A DNA stretch of 40,072 nt from Jimgerdemannia flammicorona (Eukaryota): positions 1 through 40,072 of the forward strand of contig RBNJ01000128.1 of NCBI GenBank assembly GCA_003990765.1. Direction: 5' to 3'. Below, piece by piece: positions 1 to 11,827 of the stretch. The first letter of the stretch is position 1, and every line of letters begins with the position of its first letter. The notes beneath the pieces are model-generated. The model was not told where the DNA came from. It saw only the letters and a list, made by a program, of their open reading frames with translations, and made no database searches. The position numbers and the translations under genes were made by a program.

Positions 1-1155
1 AAAAAAAAAAAGTATATATAAATCTCTTCTGAATCCTTCTCAAATATACCTTATATAATATATCTTATTATCATTATGCCATTCTGGAACCACTAAAGTA
101 AGTGGTCAGAACTACTTAGAATAGTGACTACTCCTCTCATTCTCATTCTACTAGACTCTGATGACTGGGACAATAATATAGATAATACTTTGAGATGCTC
201 TAATATAGTGAATCAGCAGTGATCCCCAGATACTATTAAACTAATATGATAGACTCACAGGCTCATTCAGATCAGTATCTGAATATTCTCTCATAAGAAC
301 TATAAGTTTGCCTTCCAACACTATGTCTGTTGATACTGTAGATGGTATATCAATCTCTTATATACTTCTACTGAGCAATACACAAACTGCCTGGCCTATT
401 TTTTTTGGGAGAAAATAAGTATACATCAACTCTGAGATATTTGCACTGCTATAAGATATTGGATCCCCTCTATTAATAGTATAAGATTCTTCAATCTCTC
501 CATGATTACATATTTAATCTGGGGCAGCAACTACCTCCAAAAGACAAGACTTCTCACTGGAATATTACTACTCTCATTCAATGTTAGCCCCTATGACTCA
601 ATTAAGTAAAATATCATACATAGCAAAAAGATACATATACTGCTCATACTGGTACCTCTTAGCAGATGGCCAGTGACTTTACAAAATACCAGATGACCAT
701 TAGCTTTTAGGATGGTCAGGACAATTGGCTCACTGAGATGGTCCTAACCACTGACATGACTATGAAGTATACTTCAGATATTACTATGAAGGCCTCTTAT
801 CCCATTCTGACTCTTCAGGAGGACAAGAACTTATGTCTGATATATTGGACTTTTTGCTAGATAAAAGAGATGAAATCTCATCATTCTAAACTAATGATGA
901 CTTCTTTTCATCAGTACTTAGTCTCCACATTACAATCTCACATCTGACTGCCTTTGAAACTAGTTATTCAAGTATATAGTAGTGGTGGGCATTGATCCAG
1001 TTCATCACTCACACTCTGTTTGGGCCAAATCTTCTACTGAGGTTCTTGAAGACAAGACACTAATTGATGAAGTCCTTGAGAGTGGCAATTGGAGCTCCAA
1101 AACCACTTTTGAGTACCACTATCACCTATCACATCAAACACCAGTCCTTTCATGA
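1..1155 (+). mobile_element. Degenerate DIRS-like (tyrosine recombinase) retrotransposon, 3' coding part
   Basis: The frame from 961 reads LFKYIVVVGIDPVHHSHSVWAKSSTEVLEDKTLIDEVLESGNWSSKTTFEYHYHLSHQTPVLS*. This matches the YR C-terminus: HSxR box with R>W (CGG>TGG), then GNWSS..F..HY carrying the catalytic Tyr. Upstream fragments PPKDKTSHWNITTLIQ (YR N-terminal part) and IIIMPFWNH*SKWSELL (61-120, like the end of the DIRS MT-like domain) fit. Many stops; CpG-depleted. Confidence 0.75.
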
Positions 1156-1306
1156 TCTACTTGGACCACCTCTCTCATCTACATGATTCTCAAGTACATG
1201 TATAAGGACAAAGCCAAGGCCATTACCACAACTCTGGCCAGATGCTCTGCTCACATCCAATCTATAAACAACCAACTCTAAAATGGTCCAGACTGAAGTG
1301 AAGCTT

Positions 1307-1754
1307 AGTCCCAGATAGATGAGATGCCAAAGGTACCAAAGTCTGTCCCAGACTTTGTGAGCTTTGGAGAGAACTATGAGGAGTTGGTTTTCCACCCATT
1401 TTTCCAACCCTTTGGTTTGGTTTTCTTTTTCATTCCTAGGTTCCATCTTTTCCTTCTACAGCCGTTTTTTCACCAGCCCCATTTCCTCTTCCCTTCAGTT
1501 TGTTTCTGGCTCACATGCCAATCTGGGCTAAGGGACTCTGTGGGAGTCGAGATACTCTTTTATTATAATGTCTTACACAAAATGTCTCATACACATGTCT
1601 TAGACAGATGAATTTCAAATGTAAAATCTGGTTTAAGACAAAATAAAGCACGCCAACGCTTTCAGGATGGCAGAAACCAACTCACGGTCCTCCCCAAAGC
1701 TCGCAAAGTCTGGGACAGACTTCGGCGCCTTCGGCACCTCGTCCATCCGGGATT
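1307..1754. repeat. Inverted repeat pair, arms ~1307-1390 and ~1674-1754 (~80 bp)
   Basis: agtcccagatagatgagatgccaaaggtaccaaagtctgtcccagactttgtgagctttggagagaactatgag is the reverse complement of ctcacggtcctccccaaagctcgcaaagtctgggacagacttcggcgccttcggcacctcgtccatccgggatt. The differences are almost all C>T/G>A in the left arm. Confidence 0.85.
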
Positions 1755-2832
1755 ATAAACCAAGTCGGGTTATAGACCAAGTTGGGGTAACTGCTCTACT
1801 GCTCGATGGCGGACGGACTGAATTTGCTATGGCTGATGCTTCAATATAAGTAGGTAATCATAGAAGTGTCTATAGCATCCTGGGGGCACTCGTTTGGCAA
1901 TAGGAATCGTCAGAATTTAGATGGCGCCGTGACCACAATGACCAAAACCGTGCGCGCTTCACGCTGCATATCGAATTCAATACTCCTAGTGGGCAAACTA
2001 TTGAAATATCGAATACATATCATTGGTGGCTTTTAACGACTCAGGAGGCGATGCAGGTCATGTGACGGGGCACGACATATTTTGATCGTCATTATGCAAG
2101 GGTTCTCTGCAAACGCTCCCTGACGTTTCCTTATAAGCAAATTACGTGGATTCGATATATCGGCAGATCTTCCTGCACGCTAATATGCGAATATCCCCCA
2201 AAGAGACAGGATTTTACCTTATGTATAATTCTCATGATTTTAACCGGTTTGCTATATTGATATTTACGACGCTTCAATTTATGGCTTACGAAGACATGGA
2301 TAAATGAAAATATAATCCCGCTATTTGACGGCAAATTGGCTATTATGCGGATCTCAGTTGACTCTTACATTGTGCAAGGAGAGTAGTATTTAACAAAGTA
2401 CCGTTGCTGCAGCTACATTGCCTGAAGTAGTGTAATAAAAATTACACCACCCTTTTATATTCCATTTCAGCCGCTTGCATGTTTTAGAGAACTATAGACT
2501 TCTGTTCCGGAGCTTAAGATCTTTGTCGATTTGATGTTAACGTGACAATAAATACAAACAACAATTACCCTATAACGGCGTTGTTTAGTGATGTACGCTA
2601 TAAAATAAATAAATAAATAAAATAAATATAAGCATACGTCTAATGCAGTTAGGGTAAAATTTTCAATACTGGTTAATCCAAGTAGGAATAAGTTATGTAG
2701 GGTTACAACTATAACTTCCGTTTGGGTTGCAAGCTCCGCCGAGACAATCGTAAATGTTATAATTATTCTGCATCGTTCATCAGGTAATTCATCTCCCTGT
2801 AAAATGTGGGGCGAGTGAGCCCTCTCCTCCCC

Positions 2833-2836
<4 letters not shown>

Positions 2837-2917
<81 letters not shown>

Positions 2918-2930
2918 TTTTTTGTTTTTT
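2837..2930. repeat. Long poly(T)/poly(A) tract (~94 nt, few G interruptions)
   Basis: Seen directly; it explains the poly-K/poly-F ORFs in the track. Confidence 0.95.
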
Positions 2931-3525
2931 CGGGCGAATTGATTTGATGTTTTGTACACTAGATTTAGAAAGCGCGCAATCGTTCTTGTGTGTGCGAAGC
3001 AATTCTTCAACTGTTGCTAATCGAGGAGAAAAAGGTAGAAACCTAAGTTAATTATATTGAAACTGTACCACGACACAGGCAACTGCCAAGTGTTATCCTC
3101 CTTGTACAAGAGAATAAAACGACTCGCATATAAAAGCAGTATATTTTCTAAGGCGTGAGAGATAAAAAATATGTGACATAGAAAGCATAGGAAGAGATTT
3201 TTAAAAAAAAAATGAAGGCGATATTTTGTATTTCTCTAAAATTCGATATAATGTGTGGCTTTGGACAGAAAGGTGAGTTTTGTGGAAGTAAAAGAAAGTT
3301 GTGGCAGGGAAACATTACAAAATTGTGTCCTCTTTAATAGATGTGTGGTAATTAATGAATATCATTAATTGGTTGTTTGATAGCTAGAGTTATTTATTCC
3401 AGTAAAAAATTTTCCGCTCTCAGCCAGAAAATATCTGTATGCGAAAAGTATTGGTATTAATTACCATATAAACTAATTCAGATTGGCACTCTCCAAACCA
3501 CAGCCCCCTCATCAGTTTTATCATT

Positions 3526-4334
3526 CTAAGGTTCCGCTTGATTTTGGGCAAGGCTGAGAGATCTTGTTTTCTTGTATATGCAGGAGTGGTTGCTTTGGCA
3601 TCTTGCACAGGGATTTTGTCCATCGCATTTTTTGCGGTGAATATGACAACGTTCACACGCAGCGGCTGCTCGCTTGGGTAATTTTTTTTGTGGATTATAC
3701 TCCACAACATGGAGTTGGGAATCCGGAGAAATTGGTGTGCAGCGTGGAAGAGTTTTGGTTCTCGTGACGTCTATCGAATTCGTTGTTAGTTCGCAACTTT
3801 GATTGTTCTCAAACCAGGGTGGTTCTATAAGCCTATTTTTGAAGAAGTAAAATGCATTGGGAATACGAAATATAACGATGCATGATATTGTGGATCAGTT
3901 GGTATTAGCAATCGGGGCTAACTTGCCTTCCGCGTTCGTCATCTCCGAAAAGACGTGCCTCATCACCAAGGAGCCAGTCTTGACTGCATTAGTTGGTAAA
4001 GGTGTCGAAAATAAAGGAGTGTCAACAATGCGAATTCAATTTCATAAAATGAAGAATGCGACATACATGAAAAGGTATACTTACGGTTGATCATAATGAG
4101 CCGACATACTGCGAATGAAGAGCTACAATACAAGCGGATCTTTACCAGCTTTATACCAATTGCTATGCATACATGAAGCGGGATAAACACTCACAACTGT
4201 TCACGTTCCAAATGTCGACAGAAGGATCTGAATCCGTGTATGGTGACTATACGCGGTTTTGCCAGGAGACGCAAATTGGTATTGTGGATTGACGATACAT
4301 CATGAATTACACATACCGTACTTCCAACCAATCA
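3526..4334 (-). CDS. Multi-exon gene encoding a C-terminal Zn(II)2Cys6 (GAL4-type) zinc cluster; 5' exons not resolved
   Basis: Manual splicing gives exons ~4334-4317, 4246-4195, 4108-4085, 3983-3927 and 3832-3526, with donors gtatgt, gtgagt, gtaagt, gcaagt and AG acceptors. The frame stays open: GWKYVTIHGFRSFCRHLEREQFMSAHYDQPQDWLLGDEARLFGDDERGRLIEPPWFENN...KKLPKRAAAACERCHIHRKKCDGQNPCARCQSNHSCIYKKTRSLSLAQNQAEP*. The six-Cys cluster is at 3657-3580. Confidence 0.8.
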
Positions 4335-6792
4335 CTTTTTACGCTTCAGAGTCCACATTATTCATTCATCCTTTTGCTTTCGAGGCTCTTCAATTGTTTC
4401 AAAATCCCTTTCCTGAAGCTGTATCTCTAGTCTGGATGACTTCCCATATGTATCAATCTATTCTTATCAAGGCCATTATCTTCCATATATGGTGGGCCTC
4501 ATGGGGTTTTAAGGGAAATATTCAAAAATGATAATCTTTTAATTATCCATTATTAGCATCACACTACTCGTTTTTCGTCAAAGCACATTATGTTAATGAT
4601 TTATTCTCTAAAGGTTGGCTTTACATGGCACCGATTCGTAACACATTATAATGACATGTATACTTTGTCGTGATCCAGTTTTAGATAAAACGTGGTTTAC
4701 TTTCAACAAAGACGTACTCTTAAACTCATCTCTTCGTGGTGTTCCTCTGGACGTTTTTAACAACGGAGTAATTTTTTTTTGGTTTTGAAAACGTGGCAAA
4801 GAGTGATGAATCGCGCTGTAGTGCGTGCCATGAATCGCTTCAGGGCGGGAAGAGCTTTATGAGAGAATAAAATACTAAACTGTAAAATAATGTGCCATAC
4901 AAGGCGATAAAAATAAATTACTTAAATGCGTAACTGCAGATCAGCATCATCATCCTGTCTTATTAGAAGAAAATGTAAGCGAAAGGATGTCCACTGGTTC
5001 ACTTTTTATTATAGCCATTGTAGCTGGATTGACGACAAAACGATCATGTGTCCTCTCTGGGATTTGTTCTCACGACCACGGAAACAAATCCTGTGTCTAG
5101 TTAATCAATGCTCTGATCCTCCTTTTGAAGCATACGCACCCGCGGAAAAGAATTCGACGTCCCATTCGTATTCCATTTAAATACACCCATGTCGTCATCT
5201 TCGGGATCAGGTTTTGATTGGGGAATGGGGCATTGTTTTCGGCATATCGGGAGCTGCATTCGCGCAAGATTGGAGAACCTGTAATCTCGTCATGACCGCA
5301 AGCTTGACTGAGCCCTCCTCGGCCGCGTGTGCGAACTTTTGTGGCGGTATCCCAAATTAGGTTTGTTTATTATGCATAATTGCATAATTGTTATTGATCT
5401 ATTGACTGTATGTCGTGTGACGTTCAATCAATACGGTAAGGGTTGACCAACTTATGCTATTTACCGAGGGCAAAAGCGCAGCCACAAGAGAGCGCGACTC
5501 GCAGAGGAGAACGGCTTATATAAAATACAGATTAACGAAGAAGACATTAAACTCAAGTGTAGTGCATAAGTGCTGCGTAGTGAGAAGAGGAAGTCTTCAA
5601 TGAAAAATAAATAAATAAATAACACATTTTCGCTGTCATTGAACACGTGATCTCACTCAATATTCACCTATTTATTTATCAGCTTAATATTTAAAATTCC
5701 TCCTATGTCCGCCATTTAGGCTTGCTTCTCGTGTATCATAAAACCACGCCACATACATGGCATACTTCGTGTACACCATGTACTTAAATGTATATGGCAG
5801 GTACTCTACGGTACTCAATGTACGGTGTCAGGATTTTGTAATGTGGGTATCGGTTCATGACTAAGAGATGGCCAGAATATTGGTTGCCAAACAACTCGAG
5901 ATTCCCCGTTTCCTGCCATGTACGTGGTACTGGCACTGATCTTTTAAATATCTAAAACTTAGATAAGTATATATAATAATTGATACAATGTATAGTATGT
6001 TGATCGTAAAGACTCTCTGAGAATTTGCAATTCGGGCTTCCGCCTTTGAGCACGACCTTTGTCTCATTTGCAGTTGAACACGCTTTTTGAAGCAGAAAAG
6101 GCATCCGAAAATCCAATGTGTGGACTAAGAATAAGACTCGTCATCAGGTCCTCAGTTTGTGTAGTGCATCCTTCAGCACAACGGGAAACGGGACCAAGTT
6201 TTCCCGCAGAGAATTACTGCGGGAATGACGAGGCGGATTACCCGGATCAGCGGGTTGGCTCAGCCCCAGACGGTGGCAAGGAATGGTGTGAAGACCATGT
6301 CCTTAATTTTTTTTACGCCCGAAACGTTCACCCTTCGCCGCACTATATAGGATCCACTGCTTTCGATATAATCCACCCCGGGCTAATTTTTGCATTATTT
6401 TTCTTGGCTGTCAATCAAAATCTATACGCACTATTCTGGCTTCCCCAATAAGGTCTATTACGAGATAACCGGCCTTAGCTAAATATAAGTATATTTCAAA
6501 CTGTTGATATTATAACTTAGATGTCTTACGTGTTGGATATCTATTAAAGCATAATGAGAGGCGAAAAATATAGAATATTGACAGAAGGTGTATAAATATA
6601 ACTATTGTATTCTCTGCCTAAGGTTGTTTAATAAGATAATTATGTTTGGGAGTAATAATAGGATCGGGGGATATTGCGCAATGTCAAGCACGAATAAGTC
6701 ACAGTACCGCCATTACCAACTGACGCCAGCGCTACTAGTTGCTACCGCTCAGCTCTCCTTGATGTGTTAGGTAGGTCGCGCTTTGGCGACCA

Positions 6793-7610
6793 TTATGTGA
6801 GCCCTGTGCCCATGTTTCGAGCTTTTACATTATGGTCACAACGTTTATGCGACTGGCGACAGGGATCACATGCAAGAGATGAACGACCGCCTACTGTGCT
6901 ATTGCGGATGCGTGGTGTTTCACCATTAATTACTTCAATCCACGTCAGTTCAGCGGTTCTAGAAGGTTCGATCCTGTTCCCGTTTAGAATCTCCGCAGGA
7001 CCGCTAATCGTATCATTGGCCGCAAATCCTCTTGCTTCTGGCAATGCTGGATCGGTTTTGCGATGCTGAAGCCACGATTTCATTGATCTATATTGTCGGG
7101 GCGCAAGAGAAAGCAGAGTTAACTTTATGTTTAGTTGGCCACTACTAGATGTTTCAATTTGACAGTAATTAAGATACTTGCGGTTCGAAATCCTCATGTG
7201 AAGCAAGAATCTTAAAACACTCGCGGAGTGTTTTTCGTCTACATTTGATGAAATAGAGATGAAAGATTAGGTTTAGGAAATTTAACAACGGAAAGCACGG
7301 CAATATTTCAGGCTTTGTACAATATTGAGAATCATACGTTTGTTTTTCTTGGCCAGCCATGCTTCGAAATGCTGTAGTACTCGAGAGAGCGCTTTTATTC
7401 TATGAAGGCCCTTAATAACCTCCATTCTGTAAAACTCGTTACGGTCGCGACTCGTTATAGATACCCAAAGGTAGCATTGTCCACGTTCTACTGATAGAAG
7501 GGAGGGCATTACGGACAGTGACCATAGAAAGGTTACGAGCCTTAGGACAGTGTTACAGCACTTTGGCAAGTAATTTGCATTGCGTGATATGGCCAAGTTC
7601 GTTCCCACAA
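6793..7610 (-). CDS. Multi-exon probable paralog with a half Zn2Cys6 motif (ACDPCRQSHKRCD); possibly truncated or a pseudogene
   Basis: Exons 7487-7338, 7238-7178 and 7087-6793 (introns gtatga..tag, and gtatct..tag of 90 nt) splice in frame: YLWVSITSRDRNEFYRMEVIKGLHRIKALSRVLQHFEAWLAKKNKHEKHSASVLRFLLHMRISNRKSMKSWLQHRKTDPALPEARGFAAND...RSSLACDPCRQSHKRCDHNVKARNMGTGLT*. Only three Cys are visible. The 5' end is uncertain. Confidence 0.6.
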
Positions 7611-8989
7611 CACATACGGGAGAATAGAAATAACCCTTTCCACCGCACCAGTAATACAGCTATTCCGGCAACAACACGTGTGAAAATTCGCCATTTTATC
7701 ACTTGAACTATGCCTCCAATCGCTATACTGAATGGAACGTTGTAATCATAGAAGAAAATATGTGTTACAGGTTCACTTAAAATATTTGCTAGTGGCGTGT
7801 CATTTCATAACTTTTTCGGGTGTTGTTGTCACTATAAACGGTTTGATCCTTAAAATATTTTAGCATCGAAGCAATTTTTTTTTTTTTTTTCTTTTTTTTT
7901 TACAATAGGGCCTTATTTAACTTTAAAATGACAGGTGATATGCCCTATTAGTGTAGCCAATCATCACCCTGTTTAATCACCCTGTTTATCCGTATTCCGT
8001 TTTTGGCCAATCCAAAATCGCATGGCTGTCATTCTCTTCCATGTCAAAGTCCTTTCCCACGCGATGAAAGCACGTTACGTTTCAGCTAACCCAATCGCCA
8101 CGCTGTGCAACTTGCCCAACTGGATTTTGATCGCAATATTCTCCCGTCTGCGGGGACATCAACACCCACGTCGGCGACGATTGAGGGCAATTTTCAAGGA
8201 GTACAACAGTGATTAAGTTGATAAATGCTTTGGTCTTATCTTCATATGAAGCAGTATGCGAAGGCAAAGCGTGTGTTTCCCTACTACTTGAAACTCTACT
8301 ATTTAAATAAAGATCACCAAAAAATAAAATAAAATAAAATAAAATTACGTGAGGCGTTGGATAGGACACGAAAGATACGGAAACCCGATTCAGTTTACGC
8401 ATACAGGTAATTGGTCTGGAAGCCTATTTCGTGCATACTTAATCTGTTGGGGGTAAAAATACACCCCATTTTCATTGTCGACATTGGGGCAACCTTAACT
8501 ATCCGTTTGCCCTTTTTGATGCGATTCTCGGGCTTGGGCAGATCAACCCTGCAGCCGGTGATTTTCGCGGAGGCTTTTTCTCACGCATAGTGTCACTCCC
8601 TAGCAGAACAGGGGGTGCGACCTCCCACGATTGTGCGGTATCTGCGCTGTAATTGCTTGGACGATAATAAAGTGATTCGCTACTGTTAGCTCGGGCCGAC
8701 ACCAACCAGAAATCGGAATGGTGGGGTTCCGTCGACGTACCGTCAATAATACCGCATTGAATGGCTTTTGGCGGTATCGCGGGAAAGCGGATGCGGTTTT
8801 GTGGGCTTTAAACGATGAAAGGATGCTTGGAATTGAGAATTCGGTGGCCTTCGCAGGCGCCAACTGTGGACATTTGTATAACCCATTGGCATTTCAATGA
8901 CCGACGTTAAGACAATCGTAGCAGGCGGAATTTTTGAACCCAACATGTGCTGGAGGAAAGCTCCGACTCGCTGGGTCAATAGGCCACTC

Positions 8990-9400
8990 TCTGCACGGTG
9001 ATTAATCGTCGCTGTTGTTCAACTTTCTGCGGTTAATCGTCAATCTATATTCGTCGTTCAGTGACTAATTGTCGTCGTTATACAGTTAGTTGTCGTTCTG
9101 CGGTTAATCGTTCTACAGTTCGCTCCGTAGTTCACCGTCATTCTGTAGATAATCGTTTTTCTGTGCATGATCATCACTCTGTGGTTAGTCGTCGTTCTAT
9201 CCTTTCGTCTGCAATGCAGGCAAAGGTTTCTACATTGATTTATTCATTTATTAGCACTGGAGGTTTTATGCGGAACATTTCTAATATATAGATACATTTC
9301 CATAATACAACGCTACGAATTAAGAGATAATCGTCGTTTAGAATCGTTGTTTTATAATCGTTCTACGGTTAGTCGTTACCCAGCAGTTAATCGTCACATT
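8990..9400. repeat. Degenerate CpG-rich minisatellite, ~18-bp unit like TCTGCGGTTAATCGTCGT
   Basis: Repeated variants include ctgcggttaatcgtc (twice), ctgtggttagtcgtcgtt, ctacggttagtcgtt, cagcagttaatcgtc and ctgtagataatcgtt. Confidence 0.7.
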
Positions 9401-9843
9401 TATTCCATTGTTTTTATAAGCTCATGTTACATCATCATTCGGATCCGTTCGAATTATTAGGATTGGACTGGATCCTGATTTTTCGGTTCGGAGATTGGAG
9501 CTTTCACCAGAGGCGCGAGCTATTATATATATCGGCATCGAAGTATTGGCGGGTGTTTGGAATATTCATAACGAATTAAAATTGTGTAAACTATTTGCGA
9601 AGAACTAACAAAATATGCGTTGGTATTATGATTGCAATGTTGGCGTAAGTATAAGTACTACAGAAGCCGCGCTCTAATCTTAAACGTTGGCAAAGGTGCA
9701 CTACTTGGGTGTGGTTGATGTTGCGGGAACATTGGTGGCGTAACATTAGTCTAGTGCAAAAGCCAAACGCAGGGTCATCCTATGCTCAATATACACGATT
9801 TGTCATTAAGGGGAGTCATTCTGGGCATTACTGGAAATTCAAA

Positions 9844-10149
9844 TGTAATTTCCTACAGAACTTCCAACCAGCAGTCATAGATACTGAATATAGTATAACC
9901 AGATATAGATATACCCAGTGCACCATATTTAGTCATAGCCCAAAATCTGTATAAATACCCTCTGTACTAAGTGTGTTATAACCTCAGCTCTACTTTTCCT
10001 GACTATAAGAATAAAGCAGTATTTTTATCAAAGAACCCTCAGATCCAACTTGTTAATGATTCTGAGTCTGATCAACTTGGGATACAAGTACAGTACCTTT
10101 TCCAGTATAAGAATCTAAAAGTAATACCCTGGACTATACTGCTACAACA
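9844..10149 (+). mobile_element. 5' LTR of old Ty3/gypsy element A
   Basis: TGT...ACA ends; TATA box tataaata at 9950-9957; aataaa near 10009. It is followed by ggtaatgagaacttagtgc, which is complementary to 9964-9984. It coincides with the start of the CpG-free block. Confidence 0.6.
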
Positions 10150-11484
10150 GGTAATGAGAACTTAGTGCTTTCTTACAAGAACTTAGAACTTAGGGCTGAT
10201 AGTTATCTTGGTTATTTATAATATATTAATTCTATCAACATATAGTTTTATTATAATTTAGTAGTAGCAGAAGTTACTCTTATTTATGAGAAAGCTATAT
10301 TTAAGGGATCTATCATAAATATAGACAACTTAGTCAATATTACTAACATTATTAGTAATAATCAAAGAATATCTTCACCCTGGCTACTTCTCAGAATTAA
10401 GCTGAAGAAATCAATAAAATCATTACTGAGTAGACCAAGACCCATACTAGTCAGAAGTCACTCATACTCAAGAAGTCAAAAGAGAATTTGAAATATTAAT
10501 TAATATTCACTTCTATGAGAAATATATAAGAAAATCCATCAAAGCTATAAGTGAATATTTTCTAACAATAATTGCTACCACAAAGCCAAGACCTTTCTGA
10601 TCTATAAGATATTATATCAAATAAAAAAAATCTCATCTCTATTACTAAGTCTTCTATATATAAGTAAAGATAATTCAATAGTAAGGATTGCAAACAATCA
10701 GATCCAGCAAAGCCTCTATCACATTATTTTGATCTAGAAGAATAGTTAAAGAAATATCAGAACCTTATACTAGTAGCCCTAGTACTACTATAGACCCACT
10801 ACTAAGAATATCAAGTCTACTAAAAATCACTATAGAAGACCCAGCAATAACTCTATCAAAACTACCAACCTATGGACTGGTTATCAAGTTTACCCATCTT
10901 GGTAATATTATAGAAGAAATAACTATATATTATATTATCTCTGAGATAATAGGATCTGAAGAAAGACTACTACTATCCTACTATATAAGTAATAAAATAA
11001 TATTAGTAGATGAAGAGATAGTAGCTCTGACTGACCAAGTGACTATACTTATTCAAGCCCTTCACCTCAGTATTAAAATAAACAAACTTATGAAAAGCCT
11101 CTAACTCACACTATTCAAAGACAAAATAGACCAAGTAATAATATTCATAGAATAAGTTAATACTAATTATCATATCAATAGATAGAATGACAATTAGAAC
11201 TCAGACAGTACTCTTAATAATAATAAGTACTATAAGATTGAAGATCTTCTTATAACTACAAGCTCATAAGTAAAAAAAGTTATTACTCATTTAATAAATA
11301 CAGCTGCTCAGTAGTAATATAATCTCTCAGTATACTCTCTCATCTGAAAAACTTATACTGAAATTAATACAAGTGAAGGAGATGATGATTGCCCTAACTA
11401 CAAAGTCTATCTAGCTACTATAGATCTAAAGAAGCTGATCATCCAACAGTTCTACAGCTCTGCTCACATTACTGAAGCTAGAAC

Positions 11485-11827
11485 TAGTACTTCTAAATGA
11501 ATAAAATCAATTTGAATTAAATCAAATTGAGGGTCATTTGAATCATATCAAATTGGGGATTTTTTAACTTAAATAAATTTCAAATTGAATCAAATTTGAA
11601 TTAAATTGAGAGTCTGATTTAAATCCTATTTTTAGAAATATAATAACTTGATATAAGTATATCTAAATTTAATATTCTTTAGTCTGTTAGATTCACCTTA
11701 TATAGAGAAATCTAACAAACTAAAGACTGTTAAATTTAGATTTATATTTATTAAGTTATTATATTTCAAAAAATAGAGATCTGAATAAAATTAGCCTTTG
11801 ATTTGATTCAATTCATTAGGAGTACTA
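11485..11827. mobile_element. Foldback MITE (hAT-like) copy 1
   Basis: TIRs tagtacttctaaatgaat / attcattaggagtacta. The 8-bp flanks gctagaac / gtcagaac both derive from gccagaac by one C>T each. There is a long internal palindrome at ~11630-11775 and AATT(C/T)GA-type subrepeats. Confidence 0.75.

Noticed and set aside
975-1000. VVVGIDP as TnpB/Fanzor RuvC-I motif
   Set aside because: The downstream sequence matches the tyrosine recombinase HxxR / W / Y boxes; no RuvC-II/III or zinc ribbon is present.
2763-3051. Poly-Lys / poly-Phe ORFs
   Set aside because: Artefacts of the homopolymer tract.
5190-5350. RING-like fragments (ACGH, LPICRKQC) on the minus strand
   Set aside because: They lie in different frames and I could not splice them into a consistent model. 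They may be upstream exons of the zinc-cluster gene, but that is unsupported.
5740-5935. Cluster of GTAC cores as a regulatory array
   Set aside because: The motif is short and its significance cannot be assessed by eye.
6059-6451. 130-aa + strand ORF, and similarly the overlapping ORFs at 8499-8979
   Set aside because: No recognisable motif, non-ATG or weak starts, and no splice model.
8990-9400. CRISPR-like array
   Set aside because: Repeats are short, degenerate and adjacent, without unique spacers; no cas genes; eukaryotic context.
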